A DNA stretch of 63,758 nucleotides, the filler included, from Octopus bimaculoides (lineage: Eukaryota), in assembly GCF_001194135.2 (NCBI RefSeq). It is 4 parts of 4 records of this genome, joined end to end, with 100 filler letters (N's around TTAATTAATTAA, not from the genome) between each part and the next. Parts side by side here need not be neighbours in the genome. Positions count along the whole stretch, not along the records: positions 31,564 to 55,087 come from NC_068997.1; positions 55,188 to 61,464 come from NW_026334174.1; positions 61,565 to 63,758 come from NC_068987.1; 1 more part is not named here. One strand, given 5' to 3'. Of this stretch, positions 53,807 to 63,758 are shown one piece after another. A model generated the notes under the pieces. That model searched no databases, was not told the origin of the DNA, and saw only the letters and a program-made list of their open reading frames with translations. The translations under genes were made by a program, and so were the position numbers. Position 1 is the stretch's first letter. Each line of letters begins with the position of its first letter.

Positions 53807-54466
53807 TAGCGAAGACAACGACGAGAAAATCAACCGAGAAACGTTTTAACTATACCAACAAAACTAATGAAAATATGGGCATAAATGGTTTTAGATTGAT
53901 ATGGTCTCAAATGGAAATACAATTTGGATCAAGATGTGTTTTGAAAGAAAGCTTTCTGAAAACGAGATCCACTGACAATTTAGAGCTTTGCGAACGGACA
54001 AGTAGTGATTCCAGAATTCTTCTTAAATGTCTTTTAGTATCAGCGAAACATCACTGTACGAAGAGTTTCTTATCATTTCAGACCGCCTCCACTACTTAAA
54101 ACTTAACCACCTCCTATCATCTTAAATGGGTGGAGTAGAGAGTGATCAAGAAAGAAAGGAAAAGAGAGAGAGAGAGGGAGAGAGAGAAAGAGAGAGAAAG
54201 AGAAGAGAAAGAGGAGAGAGGAGTGGATGACTGAAGGTTTAAACTACGGAAATGAATAACAGGGAAAAGAGAGAAAAACAGATAAGAATAAAACTGAACA
54301 TTAAAATGTAATAAAAAGCAGTATAACTATATATGTACGCATACCTACACACACACACACGCACATATACACACACGTATATACACACTCATACACACAC
54401 GCACACACGCACACAAACAGTGAGGCAAATTCATGTATGTGTGTGTTTAAGTGTTTATATCAATAC

Positions 54467-54510
<44 letters not shown>

Positions 54511-54624
54511 GTCTGTATGTTTATGCCTTTATATATATATAGATTATATNNNNNNNNNNNNNNNNNNNNNNNNNNNNNNNNNNNNNNNNNNNNNNNNNNN
54601 NNNNNNNNNNNNNNNNNNNNNNNN

Positions 54625-54659
<35 letters not shown>

Positions 54660-54980
54660 TATATAGTATATATGCATGTACATATAGATACATATATATA
54701 TGTGTGTGTGTGTGAGTGTGTCTTTGCATACATATATACATAAACACACAAACACAAACACATATATAAGCAGACACGCACACACTTATACGACGAAACG
54801 TTTAGGACACTTGTTTTGGAATATATTCTCTATTCAATTTATATGTATTTGTGTGTGCGTGTATGTGTGTCTACATACTTACATACATACATACATACAG
54901 GCAGACAGACAGACGCACACTTACACATATGCGTGTATGTGTGTATACATACGTACATACATACATACATATAGACACAA

Positions 54981-55036
<56 letters not shown>

Positions 55037-55289
55037 ACTTGGGGATGGTCATATTGCCAGTTTAGCCAATAAAAACACACGCACTGTNNNNNNNNNNNNN
55101 NNNNNNNNNNNNNNNNNNNNNNNNNNNNNNNTTAATTAATTAANNNNNNNNNNNNNNNNNNNNNNNNNNNNNNNNNNNNNNNNNNNNAAAAGTCAGTGGG
55201 GGATGGGATAAACTACCTGCATCAACTTGCTATAAAAGCAGGTAGTAATTTTACCTTGTACTTATTCTTAGTGCAAGCTTTGAAGAGTG

Positions 55290-55870
55290 CAGTTCGATTT
55301 TAACAGTTATTTTTTCAAAGCTTTAATGGAAATGACAAAGGAGCAGATTTGGCACATTTTGCTTTATGAGTTCAATAAAGGCACCAATGTAACAGAAAGT
55401 GTGAGGAATATTCCTCACACTTTCTGTTACAATGCAGTATATGGGGATCAGACAATAAGCGTATGCCAGTGTCAATGGTAGTTCCAGAAATTCCAAGCCT
55501 TGTCTTGGAAAATTTGTAGAGCTCAACTGTTGAGGAACTAGGAGAGAAGCTTGGATTTGGTCATCCAACCAGTCACTCAAGTTAGCACTAGAAGAGAAAC
55601 GACCATCTTTGGTTTCAAGACAAAAGGTGTTCTTCCATCCGGATAAAGCTCAGCCACATGCAGACGGAATGACATTCCAAAGACCAGAGCAGTTTGAATG
55701 GGAAATGATGCCCCACTCACCATATTCGCCGGACATTGCCCCATCTGATTGTCATTTATTGTGCAGTCTTCAAAATCTTTTGGATGGAAAAAATATGAAT
55801 TCTGTAGATGAGAACAGAACAGTTCTGGAGGAATATTTTTCGTTATGGACAAGGGAATTTTGGAAGCACG
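55290..55870 (+). mobile_element. Internally deleted mariner (Mos1/Hsmar1-like) transposase relic
   Basis: MEMTKEQIWHILLYEFNKG..ESVRNI..NAVYGDQTISV, EELGEKLGFGH, and HPDKAQPH...PHSPYSPDIAPSDCHLLCSLQNLLDG (YSPDLAPSD motif). Confidence 0.9.
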
Positions 55871-55989
55871 GGCACTGTTACATGGTACCGCCACAAATGT
55901 CTTTTACTTGGTACCAGACCAGGATACTTGCAGGTTAATCCTTACCACCAGGGGCGCCGGTCTCAAAACTTCTGCTTCAGAGTATAGGT

Positions 55990-56435
55990 CTTGTTGAGTA
56001 CAGCAAGGCCCCCAAATATCTCGATCCTATGTCATCTCCCCTGAAAGGTTCAGCTTCCAGACATCATTCTTCAGTATTTCATCCCATGTCTTCCTGGGTC
56101 TCCCACTTCTGCGTATTCCATCTACTTTCAGAGATTGACACTTCTTTACGGAGCTGATCAAACCAGTGCAGTCTTCTCTCTTGCACAAAGCAACCAATTC
56201 TTCTTATACCAAACTTCTCTCACTTATATTACACATCCAGCAAACCATACTTGTCTCAATCCTAACTAATCTTTGCATATCTTCTTCATTCAGGTCCCAC
56301 ATTTCACTACAACGTGGAATTGCTGTCCATATACATACATCATACAATCCTTCTTTCACTGAGAGACAGAAACCTTTCATGGCCAACAGAGGTAACAGAT
56401 CTCTGAATTTCCTCCATCCTAGTCTTATTCTAGTG
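55990..56435 (-). mobile_element. RTE-clade LINE, C-terminal fragment
   Basis: RIRLGWRKFRDLLPLL..KGFCLSVKEGLYDVC...SEMW...WMCN and RSGRPRKTWDEIL. Confidence 0.85.
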
Positions 56436-56699
56436 TGTCTGTGATTGTCCCCCCAACATCGCTTGACAACCGATGCTGGTGTGTTTACGTCCTCGTAACT
56501 TAGCGGTTCGGCAAAAAGAGACCGATAGAATAAGTACTAGGCTTCCAAAGAATAAGTCCTGGTGGTCGATTTGCTCGACGAAAGGCGGTGCTCCAGCATG
56601 GCCGCAGTCAAATGACTGAAACAAGTAAAAGAGATGTACCCAGACTTTGTGGACACCCTGTATAACGTTCACACACACACATACACACTTGCATTGCAC

Positions 56700-56850
56700 A
56701 TCCAATGGAACATGTTGGCTTCATTGCTTTCCTGTTTTATCCTCTCCTCTGCATTCCGAACTCATGCCACATTACCATGCAGCATTGCATTTCTAACACA
56801 AGCATCATGCAACCTGCCTGTCACTCAGATTGAAACAATTGGCCTGGATT
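56700..56850 (-). mobile_element. RTE-clade LINE fragment (second)
   Basis: GRLHDACVRNAMLHG...NEANMFHWMCN. Confidence 0.7.
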
Positions 56851-57469
56851 TCCAGCCCCTAAATAAAATCCTTCCCCACACTTACAGACATGTGCAAATC
56901 TCCTCCTTACCCTCAGCCAAATATACCTGCCCCCTAGCTGCTTTTTTAGCCACTTGATAATGCCCCCTTCTACCATCATCCCCACCCAGGTTTTCCAAAC
57001 CTGTATCTTGGCCCTTATTGCCCCATCGTTTCTATTGCTTCACTACAATGTTGCTTCTGGTTTGTTCAAGGTTTTGCTTTAACTACATGGCAGTTCTGTG
57101 GCCCTGAGCAAATTATTTCATAGAAATTCCATTTGTGTGTGTGTGTGTTAGGAATGTCAAATGAAAAATGTCAGAAACACAAGTATTTCCAATGAACTTG
57201 TTTGCTTCAGATGAATGATATTTGAATTGTTCACATTTTTCAACTTAGAGCTGACATCCTTCTCAAACACACACACACAAATGATATAAATATATTAAAC
57301 AACTTAATGAAGAGGCTAGATCTTTATACGCTGTAAGTACCTAAGAGCAACCAGCACTAGAAACAGCTGGGAAACAATTTATTTCAAATTCTTAAAAGTT
57401 CTTCTGAAGTTGTTGATAGTTTCTGTTACCTTGGCAACCTAAGAAGGGATGGGGGAAGATACTCTGAGA

Positions 57470-57720
57470 GGATAGTAGCCAGAGTAAGAACAAGCTGCAC
57501 AACAGGGAGATATAAGCTCTACTGGCAAGAAAGGGCTTTTCTTTTAGAGTAAAAGGTGCATTGTACCATGTCTACATATGAAGTATGATGTTGCATGGAA
57601 GTGAAACATGGGTCTTGAATGTAGGGTATTTGTGAAGGGGAGGGAGAAATGAGGGGAGCATGTGCCATTGGATGTGTAATGTTGGTACGAATGAAGAACA
57701 GAGTACAGAGGAGCCAACAG
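57470..57720 (+). mobile_element. RTE-clade LINE fragment (third)
   Basis: LLARKGFSFRVKGALY...MMLHGSETWVLN...WMCN. Confidence 0.75.
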
Positions 57721-57916
57721 GAAGGTCTGTTACCAACCCTTTCTTGGACCTTTGAAATAACAAACCGTTCATTGGTTGGAGCTGTTTGAATAGCAGAGGC
57801 ATACAAAGGCACCACTGATACAGTGACATTGTTTTATATTTGAGCACATTCAAAAAAGTTGTGGTAACTACTGCCGTCTGTCCCGTTCTTCCTCGACTCA
57901 TATCCACCAACAAATT

Positions 57917-58119
57917 TATAAAAATTTACATTTCTGCATATCAATCTCATCAGGGTAATATTTGTCTAGACAAATATAGATAAACATTTCATGCAAGGAC
58001 TGCGAAATCATAAAATAGACTATTTTATTATTTCACAGAGTTTGCATGAAATTGTTGTCTATTTTTTAGACAAATATTACCCTGATGAGACTCGTATGCA
58101 TAAATGTAAATTTTTTATA
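57917..58119. mobile_element. ~203-bp spacer-less palindromic (fold-back) element
   Basis: TCTCATCAGGGTAATATTTGTCTA vs TAGACAAATATTACCCTGATGAGA (perfect 24 bp), plus outer and inner matched arms centred at ~58018. Confidence 0.8.
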
Positions 58120-58242
58120 CATTCACCAGAGAATATGAATCAAAACAAAACGTTGGACATATATTTGTTTAAATTATTTGTTATAGTATAATTTTAATAA
58201 ATTTTTAATATGTCAATTGTACTTCTCTATTTCCTTTGATAT

Positions 58243-58397
58243 CATCATCATCATCATCATCGTTTAACGTCCGCTTTCCATGCTAGCATGGGTTGGACGA
58301 TTTGACTGAGGACTGGTGAAACCGGATGGCAACACCAGGCTCCAATCTGATTTGGCAGAGTTTCTACAGCTGGATGCCCTTCCTAACGCCAACCACT
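58243..58397 (-). mobile_element. RTE-type 3' end with (GAT)n tail
   Basis: Minus strand TGGTTGGCGTTAGGAAGGGCATCCAGCTGTAGAAAC...CATGCTAGCATGGAAAGCGGACGTTAAACG(ATG)n. Confidence 0.7.
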
Positions 58398-58407
58398 CAT
58401 ATATATG

Positions 58408-58790
58408 TTGTTGGCACTCCGTTGCTTACGACGATGAAGGTTCCAGTTGATCCAATCAACGGAACAGCCTGCTCATGAAATTAACGTGCAAGTGGCTGAG
58501 CACTCCACAGACACGTGTACCCTTAACATAGTTCTCGGAGATATTCAGCGTGACACAGTGTGACAAGGCTGACCCTTTGAATTACAGGCACAACAGAAAC
58601 AGGAAGTAAGAGTGAGAGAAAGTTGTGGTGAAAGAGTACAGCAGGGTTCGCCACCATCCCCTGCCGGAAACCTCGTGGAGCTTTTAGGTGTTTTCGCTCA
58701 ATAAACACTCACAGCCCCCGGTCTGGGAATTGAAACTGCGATCCTATGACCGTGAGTCCGCTGCCCTAACCACTGGGCCATTGCGCCTCC
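58408..58790 (-). mobile_element. SINE family C, full length
   Basis: GGAGGCGCAATGGCCCAGTGGTTAGGGCAGCGGACTC head and full body. Confidence 0.9.
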
Positions 58791-58825
58791 AAATGCATAT
58801 ATATAGATATATATATATGTATATA

Positions 58826-59285
58826 CAGGTGCAGGAGTGGCTGTGTGGTAAGTAGCTTGCTTACCTCCTTCATATTTCTGAGGTATAACAACCACTGATC
58901 TTACACACACGAGGTGTAGTAAGAGGCTTGCTTACCAACCACATGGTTCTGGGTTCAGTCCCACTGTGTGGTACCTTGGGCAAGTGTCTTCTACTATAGC
59001 CTTGGGCTGACCACAGCTTTGCTAGTGGATTTAGTAGGCAGAAACTGAAAGGCGGCGAGCTGGTAGAATCGTTAGGATGCCGGGCGAAATGCTTAGCGGT
59101 ATTTTGTCTGCCGTTACGTTCTGAGTTCAAATTCCGCCGAGGTCGACTTTGCCTTTCATCCTTTCAGGGTCGATTAAATAAGTACCAGTTACGCACTGGG
59201 GTCGATGTAATCGACTTGATCCCTTTGTCTGTTCTTGTTTGTCCCCTCTATGTTTAGCCCCCTGGGGGCAGTAAAGAAATAAGAA
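58826..59285 (+). mobile_element. SINE family B 5' half interrupted by a full SINE family A (59051-59285)
   Basis: The B sequence stops at GAAACTGAAA and is directly followed by GGCGGCGAGCTGG...AGTAAAGAAATAAG. Confidence 0.85.
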
Positions 59286-60128
59286 ACTGTATGTGTGTAT
59301 ATATATATATATATATATNNNNNNNNNNNNNNNNNNNNNNNNNNNNNNNNNNNNNNNNNNNNNNNNNNNNNNNNNNNNNNNNNNNNNNNNNNNNNNNNNN
59401 NNNNNNNNNNNNNNNNNNNNNNNNNNNNNNNNNNNNNNNNNNNNNNNNNNNNNNNNNNNNNNNNNNNNNNNNNNNNNNNNNNNNNNNNNNNNNNNNNNNN
59501 NNNNNNNNNNNNNNNNNNNNNNNNNNNNNNNNNNNNNNNNNNNNNNNNNNNNNNNNNNNNNNNNNNNNNNNNNNNNNNNNNNNNNNNNNNNNNNNNNNNN
59601 NNNNNNNNNNNNNNNNNNNNNNNNNNNNNNNNNNNNNNNNNNNNNNNNNNNNNNNNNNNNNNNNNNNNNNNNNNNNNNNNNNNNNNNNNNNNNNNNNNNN
59701 NNNNNNNNNNNNNNNNNNNNNNNNNNNNNNNNNNNNNNNNNNNNNNNNNNNNNNNNNNNNNNNNNNNNNNNNNNNNNNNNNNNNNNNNNNNNNNNNNNNN
59801 NNNNNNNNNNNNNNNNNNNNNNNNNNNNNNNNNNNNNNNNNNNNNNNNNNNNNNNNNNNNNNNNNNNNNNNNNNNNNNNNNNNNNNNNNNNNNNNNNNNN
59901 NNNNNNNNNNNNNNNNNNNNNNNNNNNNNNNNNNNNNNNNNNNNNNNNNNNNNNNNNNNNNNNNNNNNNNNNNNNNNNNNNNNNNNNNNNNNNNNNNNNN
60001 NNNNNNNNNNNNNNNNNNNNNNNNNNNNNNNNNNNNNNNNNNNNNNNNNNNNNNCGAATTGTTTGACTAAAGGCGGTGCTCCAGCATGGCCGCAGTCAAA
60101 TGACTGAAACAAGTAAAAGAATAAAAGA

Positions 60129-60160
<32 letters not shown>

Positions 60161-60412
60161 CATTCAAACACTGATATTTGAAGTTAGATGTCACTACAGT
60201 AGTGCATGGGTGGAACGCAGTTATAATAGCTTTAAACAGCTCTGAATTATAAATTTGCATGAAGCATAATGATGCTTAATAAGCATCTACCTGCTAGAAA
60301 TAAGAGCTAAGTCTTAAATTAATCCACCGTAGCGCACCAATATAACAGAGAAAAACAGAAAGAATTAAAACATTTAACAGCACAAATAAAAATATTATGC
60401 AATTAGGGATAT

Positions 60413-60455
60413 CCACAAACCAGGTTTCGGCTTTTGGGTATTTAACTCAGTGTGG
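60413..60455 (-). ncRNA. Deleted minimal hammerhead motif
   Basis: Minus strand CCACA-CTGA[core and helix II 5' side missing]..AGCC-GAAA-CCTGG-TT-TGTGG; helix I CCACA/UGUGG perfect. Confidence 0.45.
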
Positions 60456-60546
60456 ACTACCAGTTTAAATCCGTGACTGTTCATGTTGGTCTCTGACTGT
60501 GCAAATGGTTTTGTTTTGCGCCAAAAACAGAGCACATATATATATA

Positions 60547-60764
60547 CGAGGGGGAGATGAAAAGTTCTTCGTTTTAAGGTTATTGCAAAGGGCCAGGTTG
60601 GCAGCCCAACCTTCTGAGTTTTTTTTACAGGGCTAAGAAAAACTGAATGGACCCTCGCAATAAATGTGTGAATTTGAGAGGGGAATATGTTCAATGAAAT
60701 CATAATTAACTGATCCTTCTGTTTTCTTTTACCCACAATAAGGAACCTTTTGAGTGTTCCCTCA
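60547..60764 (+). mobile_element. Mariner-type MITE (TA target duplication)
   Basis: TA|CGAGGGGGAGATGAAAAGTTC...GAACCTTTTGAGTGTTCCCTCA|TA. Homologous to 23096-23297. Confidence 0.7.
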
Positions 60765-61158
60765 TAGTAACTCCCGTGGGCTTCCAATCTTAAATAAATA
60801 TATATGTTTATATGTGTGCATATATGTGTGGGGGAGAGAGAGGACATGTTGAAGGGAGTGAAGGGAGATGTCTCCTGAGGAGGAAAGATTTCCAGGGATT
60901 AAACATCCCACACCCTTATCCCCACCCTCTATCCAGGGACAGCAGCAGAGATAAGAGATGAGCCACCTCCAGACTCCCTGCTGGGATGATGGAGGCAGAG
61001 GAGAGAGGGGGGGAAGTGATATATAATATATATATATATACCACACCTAGTTTAACTCCGTGTGTGTGTGTGTGCTTATGAAAATACAGTAAGATATGCA
61101 CATAAACATAAACGCATTTGTCTATCCATACGAATACAAACACACACATACATATATT

Positions 61159-61195
<37 letters not shown>

Positions 61196-62357
61196 AACAT
61201 AAATATATATGTACATATATGCATACACACACACATATGCATGCGTATATGAATATATATATAAAAAGACACGCACAAATATATACATACATATATATAG
61301 ATGTATATATGGATATATATACATACATATATATAGATGTATATATGGATATATACATACATATATATAGATGTATGTATATATATGGGTAGAAAGTTAA
61401 GAGGTTTTAATTGATTAATACCTTTATTATTAAATTTTTATATATATGGATATATATATAGGTANNNNNNNNNNNNNNNNNNNNNNNNNNNNNNNNNNNN
61501 NNNNNNNNTTAATTAATTAANNNNNNNNNNNNNNNNNNNNNNNNNNNNNNNNNNNNNNNNNNNNTATATATATATGAGTGTATGTGTGTGTACATGTGCG
61601 CGTGTGTATTTTGTGTGTGTGTAGGTGCATCGCTGTGTAAAGGCATATCCGTGATTGTGAGGCTAAGAAGTTCGCTTGCAACAAAATGTTTCTGGGTTCA
61701 GTACCATTGCGAAGAACCATGGTGGTGGTTTCTTTCTGTTTCTTGTGACTTAATAGTTCTGAGAAAGGAACTGATACAATAAAATCAAGTACTGCAGCCG
61801 TTTATCAGTAAAGCTGCAGCCCACAAACTAAAAGAAGTAAAAGAATAAAGAGCACAAAAATATACATACATGCACACTCGCAGGCACAAAAACACAAACA
61901 AGTACACCCACAGACCAACATAGATGTAGCTACATATATCTATACAGGCCTTTGCACCCACATCCATGCATACATACATATATGTATACATATTCATATG
62001 TGTGTGTGTATACACTCACACACACATATATGAAAGAAGGTTTGAAAATGCAAGTTTAAAGATATTTATTCACTTGACCGGTTTCACTTTTTAAGAAAAA
62101 GGTTGTCAAAAGTAAAATGTAAAGCTTTGTATGAGCTTTGTTATGTTAAGTACTGGTAATCACAAAAGTATTAAAATATAGATATACATTCTTTGATAAT
62201 AATAAAGAAAATATTAAAACCAGTTTACACGAAAGTATTTAAGAACGTAATCAGATTGGGACTCCAAAAAGTATTTTGAGTTCAATTAAAATCATGTTTG
62301 TTTGGTAATATATATATATATATATACACAGAAGGAGATATATTTAAAAATTCTTTA

Positions 62358-62465
62358 GACAGATTTATTTCATTTAACTTGGTTTATAGATGTTCATTGT
62401 GATTTTAAATCTGTCTAACTTCTAGTAGATAGTCCTTGGCGCCATTCCTATCGCTTATATGATCA

Positions 62466-62505
<40 letters not shown>

Positions 62506-63176
62506 NNNNNNNNNNNNNNNNNNNNNNNNNNNNNNNNNNNNNNNNNNNNNNNNNNNNNNNNNNNNNNNNNNNNNNNNNNNNNNNNNNNNNNNNNNNNNNN
62601 NNNNNNNNNNNNNNNNNNNNNNNNNNNNNNTATATATATATATATATATATATACGACAGGCTTCCTTCAATATCTGTCTACCGAATCCACTCACAAGGC
62701 TTTGGTCGGCCTGAAGCTATACAGTAGAAGACACTTGCCCAAAGTGTCACACAGTGGGACTGAATCTGGAACCATGCGTTTCGGAAGGAAACTTCTTACC
62801 ACACAACCACTCCTGCGTCTATATATACACTGTAGGAATAAGTATATAGAGAATCTTTATGATCTTATACATATATATAAAATAAGCTAATCCTACTCTT
62901 TTGGATGTAAGTACAACATCCCACAATTAAAATACACCACAAGGAATACTTCTGAATAACTACAAAGAAAGATTAAGTAAATTAGGTATCGGAAATATTC
63001 TATATAACAGAGAAATGCTATTATTGGAAAACCGTTATAGGGTTATTCACTTACAATTTGAAATGTAAAAGTGATCATATAAGCGATAGGAATGGCGCCA
63101 AGGACTACCTAGAAGTTAGACGGATTTAAAATCACAATGAACATCTATAAACCAAGTTAAATGAGATAAATCTGTC
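62358..63176. mobile_element. Element with ~110-bp inverted arms enclosing a gap and a SINE B fragment (62655-62820, minus)
   Basis: 62358-62470 is the reverse complement of 63068-63176 with few differences; TA on both flanks. Confidence 0.6.
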
Positions 63177-63431
63177 TATCTGTCAGTCTTTCTATTTTAG
63201 TATGTATGTATGCATTATGTATCTATCTGTCTGCCTCTCTATCTATCCACATACATACACATGATCACAAATATTTATATACATATATACACATATACTT
63301 ATACTCATATACATATTCACATATGCATGTATGCACACATACATACATGCATACATACATATATGCATACATACATACCCTCTGTAGACTGAAATTCACA
63401 CACACACACATATATATATATACATACACAC

Positions 63432-63468
<37 letters not shown>

Positions 63469-63758
63469 AAAACTGCCCTAACTCTTCGAAACGCTAGTGT
63501 TTTAATGTTGGCAGCTGATGACGGATATGTTCTCTATGTGGCCTGCTTGTTTTTTGTAACTTGTTTATCATTTGTCCATGTTTTTTTGCAACGTCATGTA
63601 CCCAGATATGTATCTATGTGTACACGTAGATGAAGGTATGTACATACATGTACATATGTATGCATATACTCATATATTGTTTATATATATATGTATGTAT
63701 GTATATATATGTCTGATGAGTTCATGTCCTGTAAGGAGTGTATAATCTATTCGGGGCC

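Noticed and set aside
58740-58790. tRNA genes at SINE heads (also ~7260-7318, ~25660-25725, ~48472-48540)
   Set aside because: A and B boxes run into SINE bodies without a complete cloverleaf or acceptor stem.

Overview
AT-rich, microsatellite-saturated, gap-ridden eukaryotic DNA. The SINE families, microsatellite load and LINE repertoire suggest an octopus/cephalopod short-read assembly (inference from recognition, not a database search). I found no intact host gene; almost every ORF in the supplied track is microsatellite, N-run or transposon debris. The window is four scaffold pieces joined by synthetic 100-bp spacers (44 N + TTAATTAATTAA + 44 N at 31464-31563, 55088-55187 and 61465-61564). 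It contains: at least four tRNA-headed SINE families; about seven fragments of restriction-like-endonuclease (R4/Dong-type) LINEs, whose recognisable 3' ends sit in (TAA)n; RTE LINE fragments; pogo/Tigger, mariner and Helitron relics; and several MITEs and palindromic elements. The most interesting signal is RNA-structural. There are about ten type I hammerhead-ribozyme-like motifs from several unrelated sequence families, including a near-complete one at 51316-51400 (+) that lies back-to-back with an opposite-strand hammerhead core at 51065-51126. A decayed HDV-like ribozyme candidate sits at the 5' boundary of a LINE 5' region (26554-26611). All folds were paired by eye and none has been tested computationally or biochemically. 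Coordinates of decayed elements are approximate.
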